Of a stretch of 64,000 bases of DNA, positions 1 through 11,178 are shown one piece after another. The notes under the pieces were generated by a model. That model worked only from the letters and a program-made list of their open reading frames with translations, searched no databases and was not told the DNA's origin. The stretch is from Phallusia mammillata (Eukaryota). The position numbers and the translations under genes were made by a program. The stretch spans positions 10,726,001 through 10,790,000 of the forward strand of contig OZ281498.1 in assembly GCA_965637545.1 (NCBI GenBank), read 5' to 3'. Each line of letters begins with the position of its first letter. Position 1 is the first letter of the stretch.

Positions 1-3
1 GTA

Positions 4-1998
4 ATGGGAAGGTCGCTCTTGTCAGGTTCTGGAAAGCACACGATCCCTCGTTTGGAGTTGGAGGCGGCGCTGGATGCTGTCAAGCTTTCCAGGACAGTCA
101 AGAAGGAGCTGTGTATGGAAAACTGCCCTTGTGTTTTTTGGAGTGATTCTACTATTGTTCTTCACAGTCTCTTTGCAGACAGCAAGAACTTTCCGGTATT
201 TTCTCGAAACAGGCTTTCGCAAATTGAGAAATTTACGTGCGTACATGATTGGAGACACGTCCCTACCGCTTGGAACCCAGCAGACCAAGCCTCACGCGGC
301 ATGGCGGCCGACGCCTTCGTTGGGTCGAAATTATGGCAAAACGGGCCAGACTTCCTGCGATTTCCCCCGGATCAGTGGCCCAAGGGATTTGCTAAACCCG
401 AAGTACCGGAAGGAATCTACAGCAGCTTTGATTTAAAAGAAACAACTGACGTGTTTCTTTCAATCAGCGACAGCTCACCGACCGATAAGCTGATCAACCA
501 CTTTTCGTCGCTCTACCGACTTAAAATCGCCACTGGATGGCTCTTGCGCGTCCGAGGATATCTTCACAAAAAGACTAAAGGGGAAACCGCTACGCTTTCT
601 CGCTCGCCAATCACCGTTATTGAGCTACAGGACGCTGAAAAGGCACTTGTACAATACAACCAGCGGCAAGAATTCCCAAATTGGACTAAAGGAGACCTTC
701 CCTCGCACCAAAATAAGACGTCTCAGATCTACAAGCTAAATCCCATCATGGTAGACGGCGTGTTGCGAGTAGGAGGAAGACTGGAAAACTGTTGCCTGGA
801 TTACGAAGCTAAACATCCCGCCATTATCCCACACCAATCTCACTTTACCGATCTGCTAATTGAACACTACCACAGCAAGAAAGCGGGACACTCATGTGTC
901 AACCATACAATGAACCTGTTATGTCAGCGCTATTGGGTTGTTAACGCGCGAGTTGCAATCCGTCGTGCCTTGCGAAAATGTCTACTTTGCCGACGACGTG
1001 ATGCCAACCCAGGATCGCAGCAAATGGCCGATCTGCCGTCGGCCAGACTACAATTAAATGAGGCCCCTTTCACCCACACTGGGGTGGACTACTTTGGACC
1101 TTTCACAATTAAGATACGCCGAAGTGAAGTGAAACGCTATGGGTGCCTTTTTACGTGTATGAACAGTCGCGCAATCCACCTGGAAGTTTCCCCCGACCTT
1201 TCGACAGATGCTTTCATTAACGCTATGCGACGCTTTATTGCACGTCGCGGACCAATCAAGCACATGTATTCAGATAACGGGACAAACTTTGTCGGAGCGG
1301 AACGAGTTCTCCGAGAGTCTGTCGATGAATGGAACCAACAGCAAATACACAACTACTTGAGACAAAAGGCGGTCACTTGGCACTTTAATCATCCTAGTGC
1401 CAGTCATTTTTGAGGTGCTTGGGAAAGGATGGTCAGATCTGTCCGCCGCATATTGATGACGCTGCTTCCAGACAAACCACTCGACGATGATTTGCTACAC
1501 ACTTTATTCCTTGAGGTTGAAGATATTGTGAACTCGAGGCCCTTGACTCAAGTTCAACTAGAAGTAGGAGAGGAATTACCACTTACTCCTAACCACTTGC
1601 TGAAGCTGAAACCAACGGTCGGTTTGCCGCCAGTGAATACTTCGAAGACCGACTGCTACGCGAGACGCCGGTTTCGTGCTGTTCAGTACCTTGCTGACGA
1701 GTTCTGGCGTCGTTGGATGCAAGAATACCCTCGGACAAACATCGCCAGACAGAAGTGGCATGAACGTAAGAAGAATTTTGCCGTCAACGATATTGTGCTG
1801 TTGGTAGACGATTCGACCCCGAGAGGGCGCTGGCCTATGGGCCGAGTTCTTAACATATTCCACGACAAAAACGGAATCGTCCGAAGCGTTGAAGTGAAGA
1901 CTTCCAGCGGAGTTCTGAAGAGACCTGTTGCAAAGCTGTGCGTTATCGTTCCTGCCGAGACTGAGGGCGACGAAGAAGAAACAGAGCCAAGGATGTAG
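4..1998 (+). pseudogene. pol: BEL/Pao pol (RNase H + integrase) interrupted by one in-frame TGA at 1411-1413
   Basis: ORFs 4-1413 and 1429-1998 are in the same frame. The sequence reads SHF*GAWERMVRSV where BEL integrases have HFGGxWERxVRS, consistent with GGA>TGA. Confidence 0.88.
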
Positions 1999-2123
1999 AA
2001 AATTCGGACTGCCATGGACGTTTATTTCGCGTGCGCCGGAGCCTAATGAGGCGCAAATCTTTTAATTGTTGTAAAAAATTGTAAACGCATAACTGTAGCG
2101 TTTCCCATTTTGGTGGGGGAGGA

Positions 2124-2836
2124 TGTAAGATTTCTTGCCTCTAGCGGCGCAAACTGTTATGTACGGTTGCCAGGAAGATCGTCCTGGCATTGCTATTGTC
2201 GCAACAATGACTTTGTGACGTAAAATCCATTGTGGTGCAATTACTTTGTGCGAGACCGCATGGTTATTAGTTATTAGTGTCTGTGATGTGCTGAACGCAT
2301 GAAAGTGAGTTGTGATAGCTAAGTAACGACATTCTGATTCTCTTTGAAACAGAAATTTTACTGCAAATGTGCAAAAGTTGTACCTAAGTAAATTGGACCT
2401 GTGAACTTTGCGCTGAGCATTGGAATATTGTGACCCGATTAATTTACTGTGGGCAAGATTCGGCCTACATCGATCTGTGCGAGGAAGTGACTTGGTTGCA
2501 TTGCTGTACGCCGGTATGTTTTAATGTAGTGGCCTGTATCTTGGTGTGTTTTTATATGTTTTACTGATTACGCCTTACGATATTTACAGTGTGAAAACCG
2601 TAATCTGTGATTTCCAACTGGGAAGTCTAATGCCTGGACCGATCAAAGTTTGGTACGTTATTTGTTTCTCTCCTGTAAATGCGTTTGTCGTTGTTCCTCG
2701 TTCTGACTTTTACTAGTGTTGTTATATTTGCAGAAAACCGCGTTTATTGCGCGCGTCATTCATCTTGGTCGAAATAAAATTCTGTTGCTCGCACTGGTAG
2801 CTTGTCCAGGCGCTGCACTGAAGGTGCGACGCTACA
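2124..2836 (+). repeat. 3' LTR of the BEL element (~713 bp)
   Basis: Starts TGTA right after the PPT; AATAAA at 2773-2778; first matching TACA terminus at 2833-2836. Right boundary is uncertain by a few bases and cannot be checked against a 5' LTR. Confidence 0.65.
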
Positions 2837-2900
2837 CACACTATGAAGTTAAATGCCTCACTGAAATTCAGGCAATATTACATGCAGAACAAACAATTGC

Positions 2901-3019
2901 ACAAGCCACAGGAATTTTGAAATACCTTAGTGATGACAACACAATCAACAGGAATTTTGAAATACCTTAGTGATGACAACACAAGCAACAGGAATTTTGA
3001 AATACCTTAGTGATGACAA
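2901..3019. repeat. Three tandem copies of a 40-bp unit (ACAAGCAACAGGAATTTTGAAATACCTTAGTGATGACAAC-like)
   Basis: Units at 2901-2940, 2941-2980 and 2981-3019 are near-identical. Confidence 0.95.
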
Positions 3020-6000
3020 TTTCAAGTTTTGGTTTCTTAACACACCATGTGGACAGTATTTGCAACCAAGTGCAATCTTGTGTATTGATATAATGGACAT
3101 GCTATGTTTCTTTAAACAGTAGCTGCTAAATTGCTTCACAGGAAATGTTGCTTAAGAATGAACATTCTACAGGGGAGATAGTAGTGACCACCAAACATAT
3201 CCTTTTAGAAAAGTTACTGAAACTTTTAAAGGAAAGGCCAGTTAGCCAGCAATTTCCATGAGTCTCTCAAAGGCAAAACGGTTCTTAAAAAAGGATGTCA
3301 ACACTGAAAAGGATGCAAACTTTTCTAAGGAACACCATTATTTCCAAAAAGACTTGCACTTGCAGTGATAGCACTAAATAGAAAAAAACAGTTTCTTGGT
3401 TGTCATTTGGAAATCAAGGAAGAAGCCATTAATTATTTTGCTTAAACTATAGCTTTAGGATTCATTTTGGTTGTAAAATAGAAGCACAAGGTTTAATAAT
3501 ATGTTTTAAATTTAAGTGAGAGTGTTGTAATTTTCAAAGCTTGCAGAGTTTTGTACTTCAAAAAAGGAATTATAAGCTATTTGCCACCAAATAAAGCAGC
3601 AAGTTTAGCAGTTAAGAAACTTACAAACAATTAATAATTGTACACAAAAATTAAGAAAAGATGTTGAATAAACATAAAGTTCCGACACAAATGTAATGTG
3701 GTTATTAAATTTGTCAGTTATGATACAAAAAAAGCTTTATGGCTATTTTTTGTGTGGCAATTATAATCTGTGACGTGTAACGGAATATGTTGAAAATGCT
3801 GACTGTGGCTATTAGGTACTTAAATGATACATGACCATATTAATGACTGAATAGAAAGTGTGTTAGTTAGTAGTCATTGTTATAACCAGTTTTACTTAAA
3901 TGTTGTCCAATTGAAATACTTCGACCTTTTTCGACTCATTTATTAATAATTTGATTCTATATACTGTTGTTGTGTTTTACCGTATTTACAGCCGCTTTGT
4001 TTCGAGTCTGTGTCACGTGTGTTTTTGTGCCACATTGTTACTGCATGTTATTGAATTTGGCCTGTCGCTGTGCAAGTAAACGAAATTCCCCAATGATACC
4101 GTCTGCTGTTTACACCCGTGTACATTATTGCGTAACAACCATTACGTCACAAGGGAGTTGCTAATTAAGATTTCTATTACTTGTTTTTCTACACAAAACA
4201 ATGACTAGAAAACTAGAAATGTGGCTTTTCTATATATTGCCAACTTATATTTACCCAATAAAGACTAAAAATTGGTGCAACACCCCCAAACATTTTAGGC
4301 ACGAGCCGCCACTGGCCATTTGCATTAGGTCACTAAACAGTTTTCAATGCAGTTTTACTTTTGCCAAACGTCGTATTTATTATCATTGGCGATATGATTT
4401 CAGCAAAAGAAGATAATTCAACGTTAGATGTTTCATGGTTTCTTCCTTTTGACGTAGCTTTTATTGACCAATCTATATGCAACTTTACAACTAAAAGCTA
4501 ATGCAGCTAAACAGCAGCACAAAACTCAAAGTAAACAGCACAAGCAATGCCGCATATCACAAAATCGATCAAGTGTAAGGTTAAAGGTGGGATGTTTTAA
4601 AGGATAGACTGCATCATTAATTTTATTTTTATTTCGTTTGTAACAAGTGACATTGTTATAAACTTAAGGAATTTTACCAGTGCCAAACTCAATTACATTA
4701 TAAGGCTGATAAACATGTTTATGAAAAATGTTTCTGTTTTTAATGTTTTTTACGATTGTATTTATAAGTTAATAGTCATATTTGGTCACGTGACAAACAT
4801 TAAGTTCCACCGTCGCGTTTTCTGGGCAACGAAATAATTCAACCCGTTTGTGCGACCAGTTAAAATAATCTAATGATGAACATCTTAAAAATTAAAATGA
4901 TTTAAATGACATTGCAAATGATCTTTGTGTATAACCCTTTTTTCGTTAATTTCCGCGTTCTGTTTAAATCGTAAGTTTCTGTGGTTCGAATGTCATACTT
5001 ACACTTTCAAAACAAACATATCTAACAAACGGTATTTGGTGACAATATAGGATTTGTAAAAGTTTTCACGAGGTACTTTTGACAATTTTGAGGAAACAGG
5101 AGCGGCACAAGGGCATCGTGTCGGTATTTAAAGAACAACGGAGAATACGACGAATTTACAACAATTCTTTTTCATTCATTTAAACAAAACTGAATTTCGT
5201 ATAATGCTTTGAGGAATATGTTTTAATAAAGCGATTGTTTCAAGCGTGAAATTACATAAGTTTCGCGAAATATTTGTTTCCCGAGGTTCAAGGTAAAGCA
5301 AAATATCACACTCAGATCGGGTTTTATGTACTTTGTTTTTGTGCATCGATGCGTATGATGGGCGCAACTTTTACCCTCTTTGATCCACGTTTGGGGACGT
5401 AGATAAGTGCAAGTGTATTGTGCGTCTCCAAAAAAGGAATCAGATTTCAGCAAACGCTGCAATTCGGTTTGGGCCATACGATTCGCTTCAATGCAGTTTG
5501 GGTATACGCCTACCCAAAACAGCAAAAAAACAGTGAACGATGACTTATACAATGCGCCGTTCGTAAACCACAGGCATATTAGTAGTACAAAAAACGTAAT
5601 GCACGAGTTTTGTTTTGCAAAGATTGCTCTATTTAATAGATAAATAAATAGGAATAGCTTTTCCAAAATTTGCTTGTCAAGTCATACCTTGCTGACAAAA
5701 CCTAACTTAAACGTAAAAATTGACGTTGTGGATTTCAGCGTTTTATCGTGGTGGAATGCATGCAGACATAATACCCTATTGTCGCTGATCATTGTTACAG
5801 AGCATTTTTCGTTCTCCAAAAAAGTCAAAACCGACTCGGTTACTCCTGTGATGACTTTGTACATTCAACACATTCTTAAAAATTGAACATTTTTATGAAT
5901 TTTAAAACCTTTTCGTAATGTTGAGCATTAAATGTTATTTAGTTCGCAGTGTATGATAGGTTCATTCCTGTAATCATATTAAAAGCGTTTATTGCCCAAC

Positions 6001-6551
6001 TTCAGATATGTTTACGATACACGATGTCGGTCAACGTATTAAATCGTTCGTGGGGTTCGAAAATGTTAATTTTTGTATCTGGTTTTGGATTAAAGTTTCT
6101 TGTGTAGAAATTAGACCTTAAATTTGAAGCTCAACAACCCTTATTCAGAAATGCTACACCGCTTGCACTCGAACAATTGTGGTAAGTGAGAAATTCTTTC
6201 ACGATTACATACAGAGCTAAAGTTCTGCCCCGGTGCTTTTTCGCAAAAAAACAAGTTCGGCCCTAGTGCCTTTTGCATGGGTAAGCGTTTACCACACAAT
6301 ATATATTGCGATCAGTCTGTTCGAAGTAGTTAGGAAATGGTAGCGAACTGCAAAGGTGGTTTAAAGCATAAATCTTTTTACCCAAGTCAATTAAACCTAA
6401 TTTGTAGAAAGTGAGTAAATTTTTAATGAGAGTGTTTGTGAAACGCATATGTTTAAGCAATTCCAGTGATTTACATAACACAAGCATTTTTAGTAAAAAA
6501 AATCGATTTATTTTTGGATTGTTGTTGTCTACAGAAACTGGAACAGATTAA

Positions 6552-9500
6552 ATGGTGAAGATGAAATTACTTTGTTTAAAACCAATAATTTTTGCATTTA
6601 TTTTGACCACTTTAATCGGCGTTGAATGTCAACAAATTTGTAGAAATGGTGAGTAACATTTATTCTTGCAAACTTATACGGTTATTGTTTTAAAAAATAA
6701 TTATTTCATTGGTTTTTGAATAATATTTCCATTTAAAAAATAATTGCTTTCGTTTTAGAAAAAAAGGAGTTATACAACTCAACGATCGCTTCGTTATCAA
6801 TGCAGTTTGATGCAAGTTCTTCATTAAATGACACAAGTCAGCTTCTTCTAAAGGTTTCGTGGGTCATCGAAAACACAGGTAATCACAATGTTGAATATAT
6901 TTGGTACAGAAAGATAAAATTGTTTTTAGAGATTTTACTTGGATTAATATTTCAAATTTGACAGAAACAAAATATTGTTGGTTTACATTTACTCATATAT
7001 TCTCGCAGATGGAATTGATGGATTTTTGTTGAAAGTTTCTTCAGCCAGCGACAGCAGTCTCCCTCCGGTGCAACCGATACAACCTTGCGTGCCACAGTAA
7101 GTTTGCCGTGTTAACCACCCAGTAAATACGACAACGTCTGCTTTTTCAGACGCCGGCTCAACCACTGTTTAGATCAGTGGTTCTAACCCTTTCATTAACA
7201 GCGGTCCCCTGAAGGTATAGTTTTGGACCCGTGGCCCCCGTTAAAAAACAATGTAAGATATGTGTCCCCTTGCAAAAAAATGTAAATAAGAGACTCGTGT
7301 TTAAATTCGGTATTAAATTCGGCTTTCAACAAGTCGAATATAGTAAACAACAAACTGACATTGTGCCAAACGTCAATATGGATAAAGAGTGTAAGAGAAT
7401 AAAGATATTTGCAGCACTCACTCAATTCTGCGCATTATCAAAGAAAATGACCTGGTTTTCGTGAGAGGCTACGTACACCCGTGGCTACCCGAAACATAGC
7501 GGGCCTAGGTAGAGAACCACTGGTTTTCAACGGACCCAAAAATGCAGGGCACAAAATTTATGGGGTCAACAAATAATCGTTTGCAGCTACTAAATTTGTT
7601 ATTGCAAACAAAAGTTTTACTTCTAAAATGTCGACTGCATGAACATGAATGTAAACGGCATTTGTTCGTTGTTTCGCAAAGATCAAAACATATTGGCAAA
7701 ACTGCGCAGTGAAAGTAGTCTTGCTTTTTGCACAGTTAATGATCCTAGAATCAAGGGTTTTATTGTCATCGTGCATTTAATAAACTAAATTATTCAATCA
7801 ATTGTAATTATAAACTTTGTGTGGTAACGGTAAACAATTAAATTTTTCGTGTTTCTTCTTCCAATTTTTGTACACATTACTATGTACCAAACTCAAGAAA
7901 CAAGCAAAACTATAACATTTTCATTCTAGAGAATCCCATATTTGGATTGGAGGACCAGAATGTGTAAATTTGCCCGCAAACCCGCCATGCGATAGTAATG
8001 GTGTTCGTGGTAGAGGGGTTGTCTCATCATGTTACTGCGACTCATCATGCTTAGTTTACCAAGAAGTTTTTTCAGCAACTTGCAATGGAACTGCTAATAA
8101 AATTAATACCCAAATGTTCACTCCATACAGCAAAGTAATAAAGATTTTTTTAAACAATACAATTTGCCTCACACGTGTTTTACTTCAAACTACCTTTTAT
8201 GCAAAAGTCAGTTTGATGCCACATATCATATTTATCACAACATTTTAACTGAATAAAAAATAGTGTTATTAAACATCCAATAAAATGTAGCCTATTGGTA
8301 CATGTAGATGATCTAATGTTGACAAAAGCTTGTGTTTAAGAAAAAAAATGTCATTTACAATTGCAATTTGAATTGACAAAGACTTACAGCAAATTTGTTT
8401 TCAGTACCTTCGCTCCGCAAATTATCTCGTGGATTTTCAGCAAACTTACCAAGCAAAACTTTTCGTCTATTACAGGTACAGGGTAATGTGAAACTGTATT
8501 ACTATAAATAATTTTCAGTTTCTAAAGCATATCATTTGGATTTAATGCAATATCGGCGCGAAGTCTTATAACTAAGATGTTTTAAATCGAGGTTAATTTT
8601 ACCTTTGCATATTCGTAGCCGGTTATTTGCCTTCTCGTACGCTAACATTCATTTTTACGACATGTCGTGCAGAGAATTTGTTGGGAGTCAATTTGCATTT
8701 GCAAACAACACTGACAACGTGGACTGTGCTGAAACTATTTCTAGTGCTAGAACAAGATGGTCAAAATCCTCAGTCCCCCCATGCTGCAGTATGTTGGATA
8801 AGTTATTGCTTGGAGCTTCATTTACAACTTTATCAGTGCAAACAGTTAAATTCGTAGTTTCTTCAGGCAATTTTATGCTGTCATTTTTGTTGTGTTTATA
8901 TTTCAGATGTTTTGGACGCGACATTTGCACAACCTTACGTCGTCAACGAGATGACGTCACCTAACTTAACATTCGGGACTGCAACACTGACGATCACGTG
9001 GCTTTTTCCAGCATACGAAAACAACCTTGAGGGATTTTCGGTTGACATTAGATCATTAGATGGTGTCAACATAATGATCGCAAAAGGAGTTAGTTTTGAA
9101 AAATTCCCAGTAAAATAGATTCACAAAATTATTATGTAAAACTAAACATGATTGATATTGTACATTGTTAATCGTTGTAAAACAAAATAGAAAGTTTAAC
9201 CTGTCTTATCGTTATTTTTAGCCAATCGAGACGGTCAAGGTTCCTGTGTCTCTATCGATTTTGGAAAATTCTTGTTACAACGTTTCCACCAGTCAACAGG
9301 TGGCGCTAAGCGGATTACTACCAGGACACAACTACACTTACACTATTACGTCACTGTACGATAATGTGACGACACAAAAATATTGTTTCGCCGATAAATG
9401 TGAATCGAGCAGAGAAGTCAGAATTCCAAGTAGGTTTTAAGTTAATCAGAAAGATTGTGGTCGCTGTCGCTTAATCTGTACATCAAGTTAGGGGCATTTT

Positions 9501-10289
9501 GGTCCAAAAACAAACTATTCAGGGCATAGTCGTGCGTTTCCGTCTGCTTAGCAACCGTAATTTAAAATATTTCATGTTATTAACAATGTGACAATGTGTG
9601 AGGGCAACCATTTCTTTTCCCAGATTTGAGTTTGTGTGATTCGTACTTCAACGCTTGTGACAATACTTCAGTTTGTGTCAGAAGAGGAAACCAATATTTA
9701 TGTGAATGCAGGACGGGATACATAGCTTCAACCACAATAGGTAAGACTAAAATCAAACCACAGCCATCCATAATTAACTTCAATCTCAATTACACTTTAT
9801 GCTCAGATTCTCCGATTTGCACCGACACCGACTATTGCGAAGAAACTCGTACAAACTGCGTTGCCGAAGCAATATGTAAAGATTACCCCGCACCGGATCT
9901 GGGAGCATCTTGTACTTGCCCACGAGATAACACGGGAGACGGGTAAATAGACTTAAAATTCTTTGTTGCTGATGCAGGCAAGTTTCGAAGGTCTGACAAA
10001 GACGTTAGTTTGGTTTAGCCCTTAACTTTAATAGTGCTTGTACAAAGCATGGAAAATTAAGCTGAACCGTTCCACACTGACAGATAGGAAATAATCAAAA
10101 GAGGGAATTAGGGGAACGGTGGCCATCACACCAAATGAAGGCAAAAAAGCCTGACATATCAGATCTATTTTCCCAACTGAAACTCTTTTTTGCAGATTAA
10201 CTTATGGAACTGGATGCAGCAGTGCAAATGGTTTAATTGCTCCTTTTCATCTTGTGGTTTTCCTGATTACATTCTTGTGGGCTTTGTAA
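6552..10289 (+). CDS. Gene A: putative GPI-anchored glycoprotein, 477 aa (signal peptide, Fn3-like with Cys-rich insert, Fn3, EGF, EGF, GPI signal)
   Basis: Eleven GT-AG exons with consistent phases totalling 1434 nt: 6552-6648, 6759-6878, 7009-7096, 7930-8134, 8405-8475, 8673-8788, 8907-9088, 9222-9429, 9624-9740, 9807-9942, 10196-10289. N-terminus MVKMKLLCLKPIIFAFILTTLIGVEC; Fn3 signatures LTITW..EGFSV and LSGLLPGHNYTYTI; two EGF-like repeats; C-terminus CSSANGLIAPFHLVVFLITFLWAL* with no cytosolic tail. The exons are conserved in the paralog at 11573-15136. Confidence 0.85.
7175..7522. mobile_element. hAT-type MITE in intron 3 of gene A
   Basis: Termini CAGTGGTTCT and AGAACCACTG; degenerate 8-bp flanks GTTTAGAT/GTTTTCAA; absent from the equivalent intron of gene B. 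Confidence 0.75.
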
Positions 10290-10889
10290 TTGTATAAAAC
10301 TCTGATAACATTCTTAAGCTTGTAACTAACACAACCTGTTTATATGTTGTAAAAAACGCAGGTGCATGTAAACGTAAAACTAAAATAGTTCAATCATGAA
10401 AACTTTTGATGCGAATGTCAGTTAAAATTCATAATTGTAATCCAACCAATGTCGTTTGCACAATTTACACTTGCTTTTTCTATGCAGATGCCAGATAATT
10501 TTTGCAGGTAGACGTATGCCAATAGAGTGTGTAATTTGTCTTGCATTTTTGTGATAGTAAAAAGGATCCAATTAGCGAATGTGAACGTGTGTTTGATTAT
10601 TATCGTCCCTGTACAAATTGCGTTATTAAGCATCAAGTTGTTTTAGAAGCATATGCATGCTTTAGGTTGGAAAATATATTAATATACTTTTCAGCATTAT
10701 GATAATTCCAGTTTATTAACCTCTGTGTATTACCAAGGTAATAAACATGACACATATTACATTTTTCTTTCGACTTACGTATTGCGGTAAAACTCCATGT
10801 GTTTGAACTCTTACGAGAGTAAAGTACAATTTATTCCTATTAGTTTTCAATTAAAATAATAATTTTATTTTCTTGTAAAACAAAAGAAC

Positions 10890-11178
10890 TCAACCATTGC
10901 ATCGTTGTCAATGCAGTTTGATGCAAGTTCCTCAATAAATGACACAAGTTAGCTTCTAAGGTTTCGTGGGTCACTCTTAGCATCTAATCGTGGTATAAAA
11001 AGTAAAACAAACATGTGATATACTAAACAAGTGTATTTTGTGTGTTCATGTGTTTAAAAAGTTTATTGTAGAACATTTAAGAAAAGTTACTAGATAAAAG
11101 TGGCAGAGGTTGCATTTAAAAATGACAGAATTAATACATTGGTTTAAAGATAGAGTAAATTGATTTTTGTTGAAAGTT
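10890..11178 (+). pseudogene. Remnant of exon 2 and start of exon 3 of the Fn3-EGF gene family
   Basis: Matches 6785-6865 and 7021-7040. It carries ACA AGT TAG where gene A has ACA AGT CAG, and at ~11180 it fuses to sequence matching 6161 onward. Confidence 0.75.

Larger units (their letters stand above)
1..2836 (+). mobile_element. BEL/Pao LTR retrotransposon, 3' portion (RNase H-integrase, PPT, 3' LTR); 5' part lies outside the window
   Basis: Pao-type motifs FWSDSTIVL, WRHVPTAWNPADQASRG, RVGGRL, HPAII, QQMADLP, GVDYFGPF, HLE, SDNGTNFVGA, RGRWPMGRV, RPVAKLC. Purine tract GGTGGGGGAGGA at 2112-2123 is directly followed by TGTAAG. Confidence 0.93.

Noticed and set aside
2901-3019. 40-bp repeats as a CRISPR-like array
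   Set aside because: Head-to-tail units with no unique spacers, in a eukaryotic intron-containing context with no cas genes.
5475-5505. Possible older remnant of Fn3 exon 2 (ACGATTCGCTTCAATGCAGTTTG)
   Set aside because: The match is only ~20 bp with a gap and no flanking homology; it cannot be separated from chance by eye.
10400-10640. Short ORFs conserved between the 3' flanks of genes A and B (10418-10636, 15165-15410)
   Set aside because: Frame is not maintained between the paralogous flanks and there is no splice-consistent model.
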